Made by a program: the position numbers and the translations under genes. Below, in pieces: positions 14,920 to 24,000 of a DNA stretch of 24,000 bases. The stretch covers positions 1-24,000 of the forward strand of contig JBDSPR010000039.1 in the NCBI GenBank assembly GCA_039930245.1. The letters are read 5' to 3'. This DNA is from Chitinophagaceae bacterium (lineage in GTDB: Bacteria; Bacteroidota; Bacteroidia; Chitinophagales; Chitinophagaceae). The notes under the pieces are model-generated. The model saw nothing but the letters and a program-made list of their open reading frames with translations, had not been told where the DNA came from and did no database searches. The stretch's first letter is position 1; each line of letters opens with the position of its first letter.

Positions 14920-16002
14920 ATGAGATCCTTTCTACTCGCGGTATTTATCACCTCCTGCCTCCATCTCCCCGCCCAACCCAACAAAGACTATAAAATCATC
15001 GCCTACTACACCGGCAATGGAGAAACGATTAAACAATACCCGGTAGAAAAACTCACGCATATCATCTATAGCTTTTTAAAACTGCAAAACGATACGCTTG
15101 GCTTCCACAACGACGACCAGCGGAAAACACTGGAGCAACTGGTGCAACTGAAAAAGACCCATCCGCAGTTAAAGATCATGGTATCCATCGGCGGCTGGGG
15201 CGGTTGTGCTCCCTGTTCCGGGCTTTTTAATTCGGCAGTGCACCGGGAAAATTTTGCCAAAACAACCGTCGCCTTATTTAAACAATATGGTATTGATGGG
15301 CTCGACCTGGATTGGGAGTACCCGGCCATTGAAGGATATCCCGGGCATCAGTATGAGGCGAAGGATAAAGAAAATTTTACATTGCTGGTAAAAGCATTGA
15401 GAGAAGAAATGGGTTCCGACTACCTGCTCAGTTTTGCAGCGGGGGGTTTTGTAAAATACCTGGAACAATCTGTCGACTGGCAGCAAGTGATGCCGTTGGT
15501 AGATTTTGTAAACCTCATGACTTACGACCTGGTAGGTGGCTATAGCACCCTCACCGGGCACCATACACCACTGGCCGGTTACAGGGCGGGACAGGAATCC
15601 ACAGACAAATGTGTAAACTGGTTATTGCAAAAAAATGTTCCCTCGGATAAACTCATCATTGGCGCTGCCTTTTATGCAAGGGTCTGGGAAAATGTTGCGG
15701 ATACTAACCATGGTCTGTACCAGGGCGGTAAGTTTAAACAGGGAGTAGCGTATAAAAATTTCCCTATTTATTTTAGTGATAGTTCGGGATATAACTATTA
15801 CTGGGATAAAAAAGCAAAAGCTCCTTATCGCTACAACCCAACAAAAAAACTATTCGCCACTTTTGATGATAAGCGATCGATCGGTGAGAAAACAAAATTT
15901 ATCCGCAGCAATAAACTCGGCGGGATCATGTTCTGGGAATTAAGTGATGATCAGCCAGTGAATGGGCTGCTATATGAAATAGGCAGGGGATTAAATTATT
16001 AA
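14920..16002 (+). CDS. Glycoside hydrolase family 18 (chitinase-like), secreted
   Basis: 360 aa with an N-terminal signal peptide, the GH18 catalytic motif DGLDLDWEYP, and the conserved IGGWG and MTYDL segments. Confidence 0.85.
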   Translation: MRSFLLAVFITSCLHLPAQPNKDYKIIAYYTGNGETIKQYPVEKLTHIIYSFLKLQNDTLGFHNDDQRKTLEQLVQLKKTHPQLKIMVSIGGWGGCAPCSGLFNSAVHRENFAKTTVALFKQYGIDGLDLDWEYPAIEGYPGHQYEAKDKENFTLLVKALREEMGSDYLLSFAAGGFVKYLEQSVDWQQVMPLVDFVNLMTYDLVGGYSTLTGHHTPLAGYRAGQESTDKCVNWLLQKNVPSDKLIIGAAFYARVWENVADTNHGLYQGGKFKQGVAYKNFPIYFSDSSGYNYYWDKKAKAPYRYNPTKKLFATFDDKRSIGEKTKFIRSNKLGGIMFWELSDDQPVNGLLYEIGRGLNY

Positions 16003-16068
16003 TAGCCGGGAAGGCGGGAAGATAACGCCCACCCAATGGTCTGTCACTAAACAGATAAATCCTATCTT

Positions 16069-16088
16069 GGTTATTGAAATCAATAACC
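16069..16088. promoter_or_regulatory. Perfect 20-bp palindrome GGTTATTGAAATCAATAACC upstream of the peptidase gene
   Basis: GGTTATTGA / TCAATAACC are exact reverse complements separated by AA. The palindrome ends 5 nt before the preferred ATG at 16094. It could be an operator or a hairpin; function unknown. Confidence 0.3.
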
Positions 16089-16093
16089 TGCTC

Positions 16094-18316
16094 ATGTTTA
16101 AGAAAATAACTCCTCTTTTTCTTCTTATTAATTTCTTAATAAGCCCCATTGTTTTTTCTCAACCATCAACCACCCGGTTGACACTGGAAGATATTTATCA
16201 AAACGGAACCTATCGCCAAAAAGGGTTTGGTCCTGTTCGCTGGATGAAAGATAATTTGGGTTATACTACATTGGAAAAAGGGGAAGTAAGCGGAACAGAT
16301 ATCGTCCGTTATGATGCGGCCACCGGCAACCGAAGCATTGAAGTGAATGCAAAACAATTAATTCCTGCAGGTAGCAAAACTCCGTTATCCATTGCGGACT
16401 ATGAATGGTCAGCTGATAATAACAAATTGCTTGTTTTTACCAATACCAGGAGGGTTTGGCGGTATAATACCAAAGGTGATTATTGGGTGCTGGATCTGAA
16501 ATCAGGCGCCCTGCAGCAATTGGGTAAAACACTCCCCGCATCCACCTTAATGTTTGCCAAATTTTCCCCCGATGGATTGCAGGCGGCGTATGTAAGTAAC
16601 TTAAACATTTATGTAGAAAATTTAAGCACCCATAAAATAAAACAAATAACATTTGATGGTGGTGATAATATCATCAACGGAACTTTTGACTGGGTGTATG
16701 AAGAAGAACTGGACTGCCGGGATGGTTTTCGCTGGAGCCCCGACAGTAAGAATATTGCCTATTGGCAGTCGGATACCAAAGGAGTAGGCACTTTTTATTT
16801 AATTGATAATGTAGATTCCATTTACTCAAAGCCAATACCATTGCCCTATCCAAAAGTTGGCACCACACTATCTGCTGTTAAAGTGGGAGTAGTTGCGGCT
16901 ACTGGCGGCGCTACAAAATGGTTTGCCATTCCCGGTGACCCACGAAATAATTACCTGGCAAGAATGGATTTTATTCCTAACTCACAGGAGGTAATGATTC
17001 AGCAGTTGAACCGCCCCCAGAATAAAAATATTGTGTGGGTGGGTGATATTAATAACCTGAAGTTCCATACTATCTTAACGGATGTAGATGCTGCTTTCCT
17101 TGATATACATGATAATATCCGATGGCTGGATGGGGAAAAATCTTTTACCTGGACAAGTGAAAAGGATGGCTGGTATCATTTGTACAAAGTTTCCCGTGAC
17201 GGTAAAAAAATGGAGCTGATAACGAAAGGCGATTTTGATGTGGTGAATATCAATTGTATTGATCCTTCGGGAGGCTATGTTTATTATATTGCTTCACCCG
17301 GCGATTTCATTCATCGGTATTTATACAAAAGTAAATTGGATGGCACAGGAACCGCCGAGCGGATAACACCGGTTGAAAACATCGGGCATAGTTCTTATCA
17401 AATGTCGGCGGATGCTAAATGGGCTATTCAGACTTTTCAAAATTCAACAACACCATCTATCATCTCCCTGGTTCGTTTGCCCGAACACCAAACGGTGAGA
17501 GTATTGGAGGAAAATAAAGTATTAAAAAATAAAATAGCTGCACTCGGCCTCAATAAAAAAGAATTTATTAAGGTGGATATCGGGGAGCTGGTGCTGGATG
17601 CTTATATGATCAAGCCTCCTTCCTTTGACGCGGCTAAAAAATATCCTCTTTTCTTTTATGTCTATGGTGAACCTGCAGGTACTACCGTGCAGGATAACTG
17701 GGATGGTGATCTTTGGCAAACCTATATGGCACAGGAAGGATATGTGGTAATGAGTGTAGATAACCGTGGCACTAAAACACCCAGGGGTAATGCCTGGAGA
17801 AAATCAATTTATGGGCAAATCGGGTTGCTGGCTTCGGCTGATCAGCATAAAGCGGCCTTGCAGATTTTAAAAACCTATACTTTCCTGGATAGTGCAAGAG
17901 TAGGAATCTGGGGATGGAGTGGCGGTGGACAAATGACATTGAACTGTATGTTCCGTTATCCCGGAACCTATAAAGCCGGATTGGCTGTTTCTTTTGTATC
18001 CGATCAAAAATTATATGATGCCACTTACCAGGAACGTTATATGGGTTTATTAAATGATAATGCAAAAGGGTATCATGACGGCTCACCACTTTATTATGCA
18101 AAAAATCTGCAAGGAAAATTAATGATTGTCCACGGCACAGGCGATGATAATGTTCATTATCAGAATTTTGAAATGCTGGTGAATGAATTAATTAAGAACA
18201 ATAAGCAATTTGATATGATGTCGTACCCGATGCGGTCGCACGGTATTAATGAGAGAGAAAATACCTCCCTGCATTTGCGTAAAACAATGGAGCGTTTTTG
18301 GAAAAAGAATTTGTAG
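16094..18316 (+). CDS. S9B-family dipeptidyl peptidase IV-like serine peptidase
   Basis: The N-terminal region resembles a DPP-IV beta-propeller. The C-terminal alpha/beta hydrolase part has DNRGT, the nucleophile motif GWSGGG and HGTGDDNVH. I prefer the start at 16094 (MFKKITPLFLLINFLISPIVFS, signal-like) to 16067. Confidence 0.85.
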   Translation: MFKKITPLFLLINFLISPIVFSQPSTTRLTLEDIYQNGTYRQKGFGPVRWMKDNLGYTTLEKGEVSGTDIVRYDAATGNRSIEVNAKQLIPAGSKTPLSIADYEWSADNNKLLVFTNTRRVWRYNTKGDYWVLDLKSGALQQLGKTLPASTLMFAKFSPDGLQAAYVSNLNIYVENLSTHKIKQITFDGGDNIINGTFDWVYEEELDCRDGFRWSPDSKNIAYWQSDTKGVGTFYLIDNVDSIYSKPIPLPYPKVGTTLSAVKVGVVAATGGATKWFAIPGDPRNNYLARMDFIPNSQEVMIQQLNRPQNKNIVWVGDINNLKFHTILTDVDAAFLDIHDNIRWLDGEKSFTWTSEKDGWYHLYKVSRDGKKMELITKGDFDVVNINCIDPSGGYVYYIASPGDFIHRYLYKSKLDGTGTAERITPVENIGHSSYQMSADAKWAIQTFQNSTTPSIISLVRLPEHQTVRVLEENKVLKNKIAALGLNKKEFIKVDIGELVLDAYMIKPPSFDAAKKYPLFFYVYGEPAGTTVQDNWDGDLWQTYMAQEGYVVMSVDNRGTKTPRGNAWRKSIYGQIGLLASADQHKAALQILKTYTFLDSARVGIWGWSGGGQMTLNCMFRYPGTYKAGLAVSFVSDQKLYDATYQERYMGLLNDNAKGYHDGSPLYYAKNLQGKLMIVHGTGDDNVHYQNFEMLVNELIKNNKQFDMMSYPMRSHGINERENTSLHLRKTMERFWKKNL

Positions 18317-18339
18317 ATTTAGTAGGCCAACTTTAATGA

Positions 18340-19920
18340 ATGAGCAACTACCCCAGCATATTTAATGATGTAATAGGTCCGGTGATGCGGGGTCCATCAA
18401 GTTCTCATTGTGCCGCATCCTTACGAATCGGCAGATTGTGCAGGGATTTAATGGATGGGCAGATCAACCATATCTTAATTGAATTTGACCCCCATGGTTC
18501 TCTGGCAACTACACATAAAAGCCAGGGTTCTGATATGGGATTATTTGGTGGCTTTCTGGGATGGGAAGCTTTTGATGAACGACTCCAGGATTCGGCTGAA
18601 CATATTGATAAAGCAGGCATAAAAGTCGAGATAGAAATTGTTCCCCTTACGATAAGCAAACATCCCAATACCTACCAGCTTACCTTGACTTCACAAACAG
18701 AGTGCAGAAGATTGGTGGCCATATCCACCGGGGGCGGCATGATTGAAGTTATTTCAATTGATGGCGCCAGGGTTTCCATGGCGGGTGATTATTATGAAAC
18801 ATTAATCTATTGTGATACACCGGAAAAAGTAACTACTTATATAAAAGAGGTTTTTGAATGCGATTCTATCGGGTGGCATCCGGGTGAACATTCCTTTATT
18901 GAAATCAAAGCACAATATTTTTTGGCGGATAATTTTTGTAAGGAATTAATGGCATTTACCGAAGTGCAGCGAATAAAAAAATTGGCACCTGTTTTACCGA
19001 TAATGGCAAGGGAGAATTTATCAGTGCCATTTATTACGGTTGAAGAAATGTTGCAGTTTAACGAACAAAAAAATCTTTCGCTATGGGAACTGGCAATCGC
19101 CTACGAAAGTGAAAGAGGTAATATTTCAGAGAAAGAAGTGTTCGAAAAGATGCGTGGCATCTTGCGCATCATGGAAAATGCCATTCAATTGGGTTTAAAA
19201 GGAACGCAGTATGCTGACAGGATATTAGGGAGCCAGTCTTTACAGTTGAAAGAACAATTACAAAAAAAGAGGTTGACCGGAGGAGATGCCAATAATACCA
19301 TCATTATGTACGTGTCGGCGATGATGGAAGTAAAAAGTTCAATGGGAGTTATTGTTGCCGCACCAACGGCAGGTTCCTGCGGTGCATTGCCCGGAGCTAT
19401 TATTGGAATGGCAGAATCATTGGGGATAACAGAAGATGAAAAAGTAAAAGGCTTATTGGCCGCCGGATTGATAGGCGTATTTATTGCAGCACATGCAACA
19501 TTTGCGGCTGAAGTAGGGGGATGTATGGCCGAAACCGGAAGCGGTGCTGGTATGGCCGCTGCAGGTATTGTGGTAATGGCAAATGGTACTTTACAACAAT
19601 CGCTTGGTGCTGCATCATTAGCGTTACAAAATTCACTGGGTTTAATTTGTGACCCCATTGGTAACCGGGTAGAAGCACCCTGCCTGGGAAGAAATGTTAT
19701 GGCCGCTACCAATGCTGTAGCCTGTGCCAATATGGCCTTGTCAGATTACAATGCGTTAATTCCATTGGACGAAGTGATAGAAACCATGAAAAAAGTAGGC
19801 GATGAAATTCACCATACTTTACGATGTACCAACCTCGGCGGACTATCCATAACTGCTGCAGCTAAAGATATTGAAGCGAAGCTGGAATCACATTCACCTG
19901 TTTTTTTTAAAGTATGTTAA
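18340..19920 (+). CDS. Iron-sulfur-dependent L-serine ammonia-lyase (serine dehydratase), fused beta/alpha type
   Basis: 526 aa. N-terminal GPVMRGPSSSH (serine dehydratase beta-type motif). The C-terminal alpha domain has Cys motifs GSCGALPGA, EVGGCMAETG and ICDPIGNRVEAPC. Confidence 0.75.
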   Translation: MSNYPSIFNDVIGPVMRGPSSSHCAASLRIGRLCRDLMDGQINHILIEFDPHGSLATTHKSQGSDMGLFGGFLGWEAFDERLQDSAEHIDKAGIKVEIEIVPLTISKHPNTYQLTLTSQTECRRLVAISTGGGMIEVISIDGARVSMAGDYYETLIYCDTPEKVTTYIKEVFECDSIGWHPGEHSFIEIKAQYFLADNFCKELMAFTEVQRIKKLAPVLPIMARENLSVPFITVEEMLQFNEQKNLSLWELAIAYESERGNISEKEVFEKMRGILRIMENAIQLGLKGTQYADRILGSQSLQLKEQLQKKRLTGGDANNTIIMYVSAMMEVKSSMGVIVAAPTAGSCGALPGAIIGMAESLGITEDEKVKGLLAAGLIGVFIAAHATFAAEVGGCMAETGSGAGMAAAGIVVMANGTLQQSLGAASLALQNSLGLICDPIGNRVEAPCLGRNVMAATNAVACANMALSDYNALIPLDEVIETMKKVGDEIHHTLRCTNLGGLSITAAAKDIEAKLESHSPVFFKVC

Positions 19921-19951
19921 CTATACCAGCTATAAAAGAGTAAAATTTAGC

Positions 19952-22432
19952 ATGAATATTTTTCGCAAAAGAATTTTATTATTTACCTGCAGTTTCATTT
20001 GTGTATTTTTTACGATCCCCTTTTTATTTGCCCAGGATATCAGTGTACCCCAAAAGATTGATCAAAAATCTTTTTCTCCTTCCACTTTCATGTGGTACAC
20101 CAAACCTGCTTCGCAATGGGAGGAAGCATTACCGGTGGGAAACGGGAGACTTGGGGCTATGGTGTATGGAAGAACGAATGAAGAAATTATACAATTGAAT
20201 GAAGATACTTATTGGTCGGGTGGTCCCTACTCAACTGTTGTTAAAGGAGGTTATAAGGAGTTACCAAAAATTCAACAATTAGTTTTTGATGGTGAACTAT
20301 TGAAAGCGCATAATTTGTTTGGCCGTAGCATAATGGGTTATCCTGTAGAACAGCAGAAATACCAATCGCTGGCTGAGGTACATCTTTCTTTCTCTAAACA
20401 GGATTCTATCACAAATTATAAACGCTGGCTCAATTTGGAAGATGCAACAACTGGAGTTGCCTATTCAATAAACGGAGTAAACTATCAACGCGAAGTCTTT
20501 TCTTCTTCACCAGATCAGGTAATTGTTATCCGGTTAACGGCCGATAAGCCCGGCAGTATCAATTTTTCAGCCAAATTAAGAGGAGTACGCAATCAAACAC
20601 ACTCCAATTATGCAACTGATTATTTTAAAATGGACGGCTATGGCGATGACGGGTTGAAATTGACCGGTAAGTCTGCAGATTATATGGGTGTAAAAGGACA
20701 GCTGAAATATGAAGCCGTTTTAAAAGCCCTGCCTGAAGGAGGAAAGATGACGGTGGATGATGCAACTTTATCTATTCAAAATGCCGATGCAGTGACCTTA
20801 TATTTTGTTGCCGCCACCAATTTTGTAAATTATAAAGATGTTTCGGCTAATGCAACTCAACGCATTCAAAAATACCTGGTTGGATTAAAAAGAAAAGACT
20901 ACAACACCCTAAAAGAAGCGCATCAAAAAGATCACAGCAATTTATTCAGCAGGGTAAAGCTGAATTTCCCCAATTCTGAAAATTCTTTTTTACCAACAGA
21001 TACCCGACTAAAAAACATCCAGACAATCAATGATCCGCAATTAGCAGCACTGAGTTACCAGTTTGGCAGATACCTTTTGATTGGCTCATCCAGGTCAGGC
21101 ACACAGGCAGCCAACTTGCAGGGTATCTGGAACAATGACATGAATCCTAATTGGGATTCCAAGTACACCACCAATATTAATACACAAATGAATTACTGGG
21201 CAGTGGAGTCGGCAAATCTTTCTGAATGTGCTGCGCCTCTTTTTAATTTGATAAAGGATATTACCGACCAGGGGGCACAGGTTGCAAAAGAACATTACGG
21301 ATCACAGGGTTGGGTATTGCATCAAAATACTGATTTATGGCGGGTGGCTGCGCCTATGGATGGCCCCACCTGGGGAACTTTTACTGTGGGTGGCGCATGG
21401 TTAACAAATGAATTGTGGGAGCATTATTTATTTACAAAAGATGTTGCTTATGCAAAGGAGTTATATCCTGTATTAAAAGGTTCAGTCGATTTCTTTATGC
21501 ATTTTTTAGTGAAGCATCCCAATGGAAAATGGCTGGTTACTAATCCTTCTACCTCTCCTGAAAATTTTCCGGGCAGCGCTAAAAACGGACCTTATTTTGA
21601 TGAAGTTACAGGTAGCATGATACCCGGCACTACTATTTGTGCAGGCTCTTCAATTGATATGCAAATCATATCTGACCTTTTTAATAATTTTCAACAAGCC
21701 AGTAAATTATTAGGAGTAGATGTTGCTTATGCAAAACAAGTTGGTGATGCAAGAAATAAATTAGTTCCTCCACAAATTGGAAAAGATGGATCACTGCAGG
21801 AATGGAGTGAAGATTGGCCGCAACTGGAAAAAAATCACCGCCACTTTTCACATTTGTATGGATTGTATCCGGGTAATGTGCTGTCGGCAAAAAGAACGCC
21901 GCAATTTGTTGATGCCATTAAAGCCGTATTAAATCAACGGGGAGATGAAGGAGCCGGCTTTTCCCGGGCATGGAAAATGTCATTATGGGCAAGGCTATAT
22001 GATGGTGAAAGAGCCTATAAAATATTTAAAGGCTATTTAAAAGACCAGTGTTTTTTACAATTCTTTGCAAAATGTTTTAAACCAATGCAGGTAGATGGTA
22101 CATTGGGAGTAACAGCTGGTATTACAGAAATGTTATTGCAATCACAGGAGGGGGTGATTGATTTTTTACCTGCTTTACCCAAAGAATGGAATGAAGGCAA
22201 TTTCGAAGGGGTATGTGCAAGAGGCGCTTTTGAATTAAGTTTTCAATGGAAAAATAACAAATTTACCCATGCAATAATTTTATCTAAGGCAGGAGGAATT
22301 TGCAAATTAAATCTGCCTTCAAATGTGAAAGTGACCAGTAATGGTAAAGAAGTTACCATCCAGGTTCAATCGGACGGCGGTATATCTTTTCCAACACAAA
22401 AGGGTGAAAACTATGAAGTAGTTAATCAGTAA
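19952..22432 (+). CDS. Glycoside hydrolase family 95 (alpha-L-fucosidase-like), secreted
   Basis: N-terminal WYTKPASQWEEALPVGNGRLGAMVYG and NLQGIWN motifs are typical of GH95. I prefer the start at 19952 (MNIFRKRILLFTCSFICVFFTIPFLFAQ, signal-like) to 19871, which would overlap the upstream gene. Confidence 0.8.
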   Translation: MNIFRKRILLFTCSFICVFFTIPFLFAQDISVPQKIDQKSFSPSTFMWYTKPASQWEEALPVGNGRLGAMVYGRTNEEIIQLNEDTYWSGGPYSTVVKGGYKELPKIQQLVFDGELLKAHNLFGRSIMGYPVEQQKYQSLAEVHLSFSKQDSITNYKRWLNLEDATTGVAYSINGVNYQREVFSSSPDQVIVIRLTADKPGSINFSAKLRGVRNQTHSNYATDYFKMDGYGDDGLKLTGKSADYMGVKGQLKYEAVLKALPEGGKMTVDDATLSIQNADAVTLYFVAATNFVNYKDVSANATQRIQKYLVGLKRKDYNTLKEAHQKDHSNLFSRVKLNFPNSENSFLPTDTRLKNIQTINDPQLAALSYQFGRYLLIGSSRSGTQAANLQGIWNNDMNPNWDSKYTTNINTQMNYWAVESANLSECAAPLFNLIKDITDQGAQVAKEHYGSQGWVLHQNTDLWRVAAPMDGPTWGTFTVGGAWLTNELWEHYLFTKDVAYAKELYPVLKGSVDFFMHFLVKHPNGKWLVTNPSTSPENFPGSAKNGPYFDEVTGSMIPGTTICAGSSIDMQIISDLFNNFQQASKLLGVDVAYAKQVGDARNKLVPPQIGKDGSLQEWSEDWPQLEKNHRHFSHLYGLYPGNVLSAKRTPQFVDAIKAVLNQRGDEGAGFSRAWKMSLWARLYDGERAYKIFKGYLKDQCFLQFFAKCFKPMQVDGTLGVTAGITEMLLQSQEGVIDFLPALPKEWNEGNFEGVCARGAFELSFQWKNNKFTHAIILSKAGGICKLNLPSNVKVTSNGKEVTIQVQSDGGISFPTQKGENYEVVNQ

Positions 22433-22522
22433 CAAGGTTGTATCCGTTCTGAGCTTGTTTAAAAGATTATTTCCCTCCCTCCTCTTTTTTCCTCAACTTA
22501 CTGATGCCTCAAATCGTTTTAT

Positions 22523-23653
22523 ATGGAATTTATTAAAGTATGTTCAGTTGCAGATCTTCCGGTTGATAGCCAGAAAATAGTAGAACTGGGTCCGCATAAA
22601 ATAGCGCTGTTTCATTACGATAATGAAATAACCGCCATGGGCAATGCCTGCCTGCACAAAGCCGGTCCGCTTGGGCTGGGACTCGTAGAGAAAAAATATG
22701 ATGGACTCTATGTCACCTGCCCCTGGCATGGTTGGGAATACAATATCAAGACCGGCTCGGCACCTCCCGGCTATAAGGACCAGCAATCACTCTATGAAGT
22801 GAAGATAGAGGGAGATGATATTTTAATAAGCGCCCAGCCCATCACAAAAGCTCATCGCGAAGTACACGATCTGAAAATGATCGAAGACCTGGTAAAGCTG
22901 AAATATGAAACAACAGCAGGATCGAAAAATATTCTTGGTATTTCCACCACCAATATGAATCAGAAGCTGCCACGCTACAGCACTTCCGAAGCGGCCCTGG
23001 AAATGGCGTTGGATTATGCAAAAGAAAAACATGGTGCTGCCACCAAACTGATCAAACTCCGCGAAGCCGGTTTCCGTGCCTGCGAAGGTTATTACAGTCA
23101 GCATGTCAATGCTTGCACCTGGCCCTGCAGCATAACCGAAATGCAACCGAAGGATGGGATGACACAGGTCTACCGCGATATGATACTCTGGGCCGATATA
23201 ATTTTAATAGCCACACCGATCCGCTGGGGTAATGCATCCTCCTTATATTTTAAAATGGCGGAACGGTTGAACTGTGTACAGAATCAAATAACACTAAAAG
23301 ACAAAGTGCTGGTAAAAAATAAAGTGGCTTCTTTTATCATCACCGGCGGGCAGGATAATATCCAGCAGGTGGCGGGCCAGATGATGGTATTCTTTACGGA
23401 ACTCGGGTTCACCTTTCCACCGTTCAGTTTTCTGGGCTGGAGCCGTGGCTGGACCGCCGAAGACATGGACAAGAACGTGATGCAGTTCAAAAAAAGCGAA
23501 TACATACAACGGACAGCAAAAGAACTGGTGGATAATTGTGTGGACACCTTACAAAGGATCAAACAGGGAGAGTCATCTACGATCAAAGCGCCTACACCGC
23601 GCAAGACAGATTCCCTGACAGCAGACATGATCAACCCGGACATGAATGTGTAG
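22523..23653 (+). CDS. Rieske [2Fe-2S] domain fused to a flavodoxin-like NAD(P)H-dependent FMN reductase domain
   Basis: 376 aa. Rieske ligands CLH (aa 43-45) ... CPWH (aa 66-69) sit in the first ~105 aa. The C-terminal ~240 aa (ILGISTTN..., ADIILIATPIRWGNASS, FIITGGQDN) resemble FMN_red / iron-sulfur-flavoprotein-type domains. Confidence 0.65.
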   Translation: MEFIKVCSVADLPVDSQKIVELGPHKIALFHYDNEITAMGNACLHKAGPLGLGLVEKKYDGLYVTCPWHGWEYNIKTGSAPPGYKDQQSLYEVKIEGDDILISAQPITKAHREVHDLKMIEDLVKLKYETTAGSKNILGISTTNMNQKLPRYSTSEAALEMALDYAKEKHGAATKLIKLREAGFRACEGYYSQHVNACTWPCSITEMQPKDGMTQVYRDMILWADIILIATPIRWGNASSLYFKMAERLNCVQNQITLKDKVLVKNKVASFIITGGQDNIQQVAGQMMVFFTELGFTFPPFSFLGWSRGWTAEDMDKNVMQFKKSEYIQRTAKELVDNCVDTLQRIKQGESSTIKAPTPRKTDSLTADMINPDMNV

Positions 23654-23756
23654 GGTCAGGAGCCGGCAGCTATATGCTTTTGCGGCGAATAATGGCTCTA
23701 ATCACCGCATAATTTGCGGCGAATACTTGATACTTGGATTCAGGAAGAAGAGCTAG

Positions 23757-23966
23757 CTAGTTAGCATCCGCCTGCGGCAACTCTGGTTTCACATTGGGAT
23801 CAAAAACAAGGAATTCCGGCTGTGCACCGGCCTGCTTCAGCAGGTCATCATACTTTACTTTAAGATAGCGTTTGAATTTTCCCAGGTAACCTGGTATTCT
23901 CAGGTCGCCGGTGTTGATCGGAACGGCTTCGATCAGGTCGTTGCCGAGGTACATCATTAATTGCAT
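23757..23966 (-). CDS. Small hypothetical protein
   Basis: 69-aa complete ORF in an otherwise empty region near the window end. No family recognised. Composition is similar to the host genes. Confidence 0.35.
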   Translation of the reverse strand: MQLMMYLGNDLIEAVPINTGDLRIPGYLGKFKRYLKVKYDDLLKQAGAQPEFLVFDPNVKPELPQADAN

Positions 23967-24000
23967 AGTCAGTGGATATTGGAGGAATAAAGGAAATGAA

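Noticed and set aside
16067-16093. Longer N-terminal extensions from the ORF track (16067, 19871, 4111, 8734, 11687)
   Set aside because: Internal Met starts give signal peptides (16094, 19952, 4081), an ATGA coupling overlap (8662) or compatibility with a promoter motif (11663). The 19871 start would also overlap the upstream gene by 50 nt.
19185-19730. 181-aa minus-strand ORF, rich in Ala/Pro/Ile
   Set aside because: It is antisense to the conserved alpha domain of the serine dehydratase and has low-complexity composition, so it is a shadow ORF.
23679-23725. 13-bp direct repeat TTTGCGGCGAATA (23679-23691 and 23713-23725) with a small CCGCA/TGCGG hairpin between convergent genes
   Set aside because: It is too short and weak to support a terminator or regulatory call. 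There is no T-tract and the stem is only 5 bp.

Overview
This looks like a chromosomal segment from a Bacteroidota genome, probably Chitinophagaceae-like. That guess rests on TAnnTTTG-type promoter motifs, the GH18/GH95/DPP-IV/M20 gene content and GTCATTCCGGGCTTGACCCGGAA-type intergenic repeats. Both flanks carry ordinary housekeeping or glycan/peptide-utilisation genes. On the left are a YahK-like Zn alcohol dehydrogenase, an M20 peptidase and a thioredoxin-fold protein. On the right are a GH18 hydrolase, an S9B dipeptidyl peptidase, an Fe-S L-serine dehydratase, a GH95 fucosidase and a Rieske-flavoprotein fusion. Between them (about 4.8-14.9 kb) is an accessory, defence-type region. It holds a vsr-dcm pair (very-short-patch-repair endonuclease plus m5C DNA methyltransferase). 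Convergent with dcm is a markedly AT-rich, tightly packed (short gap or overlapping ORFs) four-gene operon. That operon encodes an RHH-like protein, a GHKL/MORC-like ATPase candidate and two proteins I cannot place; I do not recognise it as any described system. Next come a small-ORF/zeta-toxin-like P-loop kinase pair, a truncated diverged copy of the 5' end of the downstream GH18 gene, and a Fic-domain gene preceded by four phased 24-bp repeats. The main lead is the four-gene operon as a candidate undescribed methylation-linked defence or restriction module. No rRNA, tRNA, CRISPR array, integrase or transposase was recognised. All functional calls come from motif-level reading of the translated ORFs, with no database search, so they are hypotheses to confirm with profile or structure searches.
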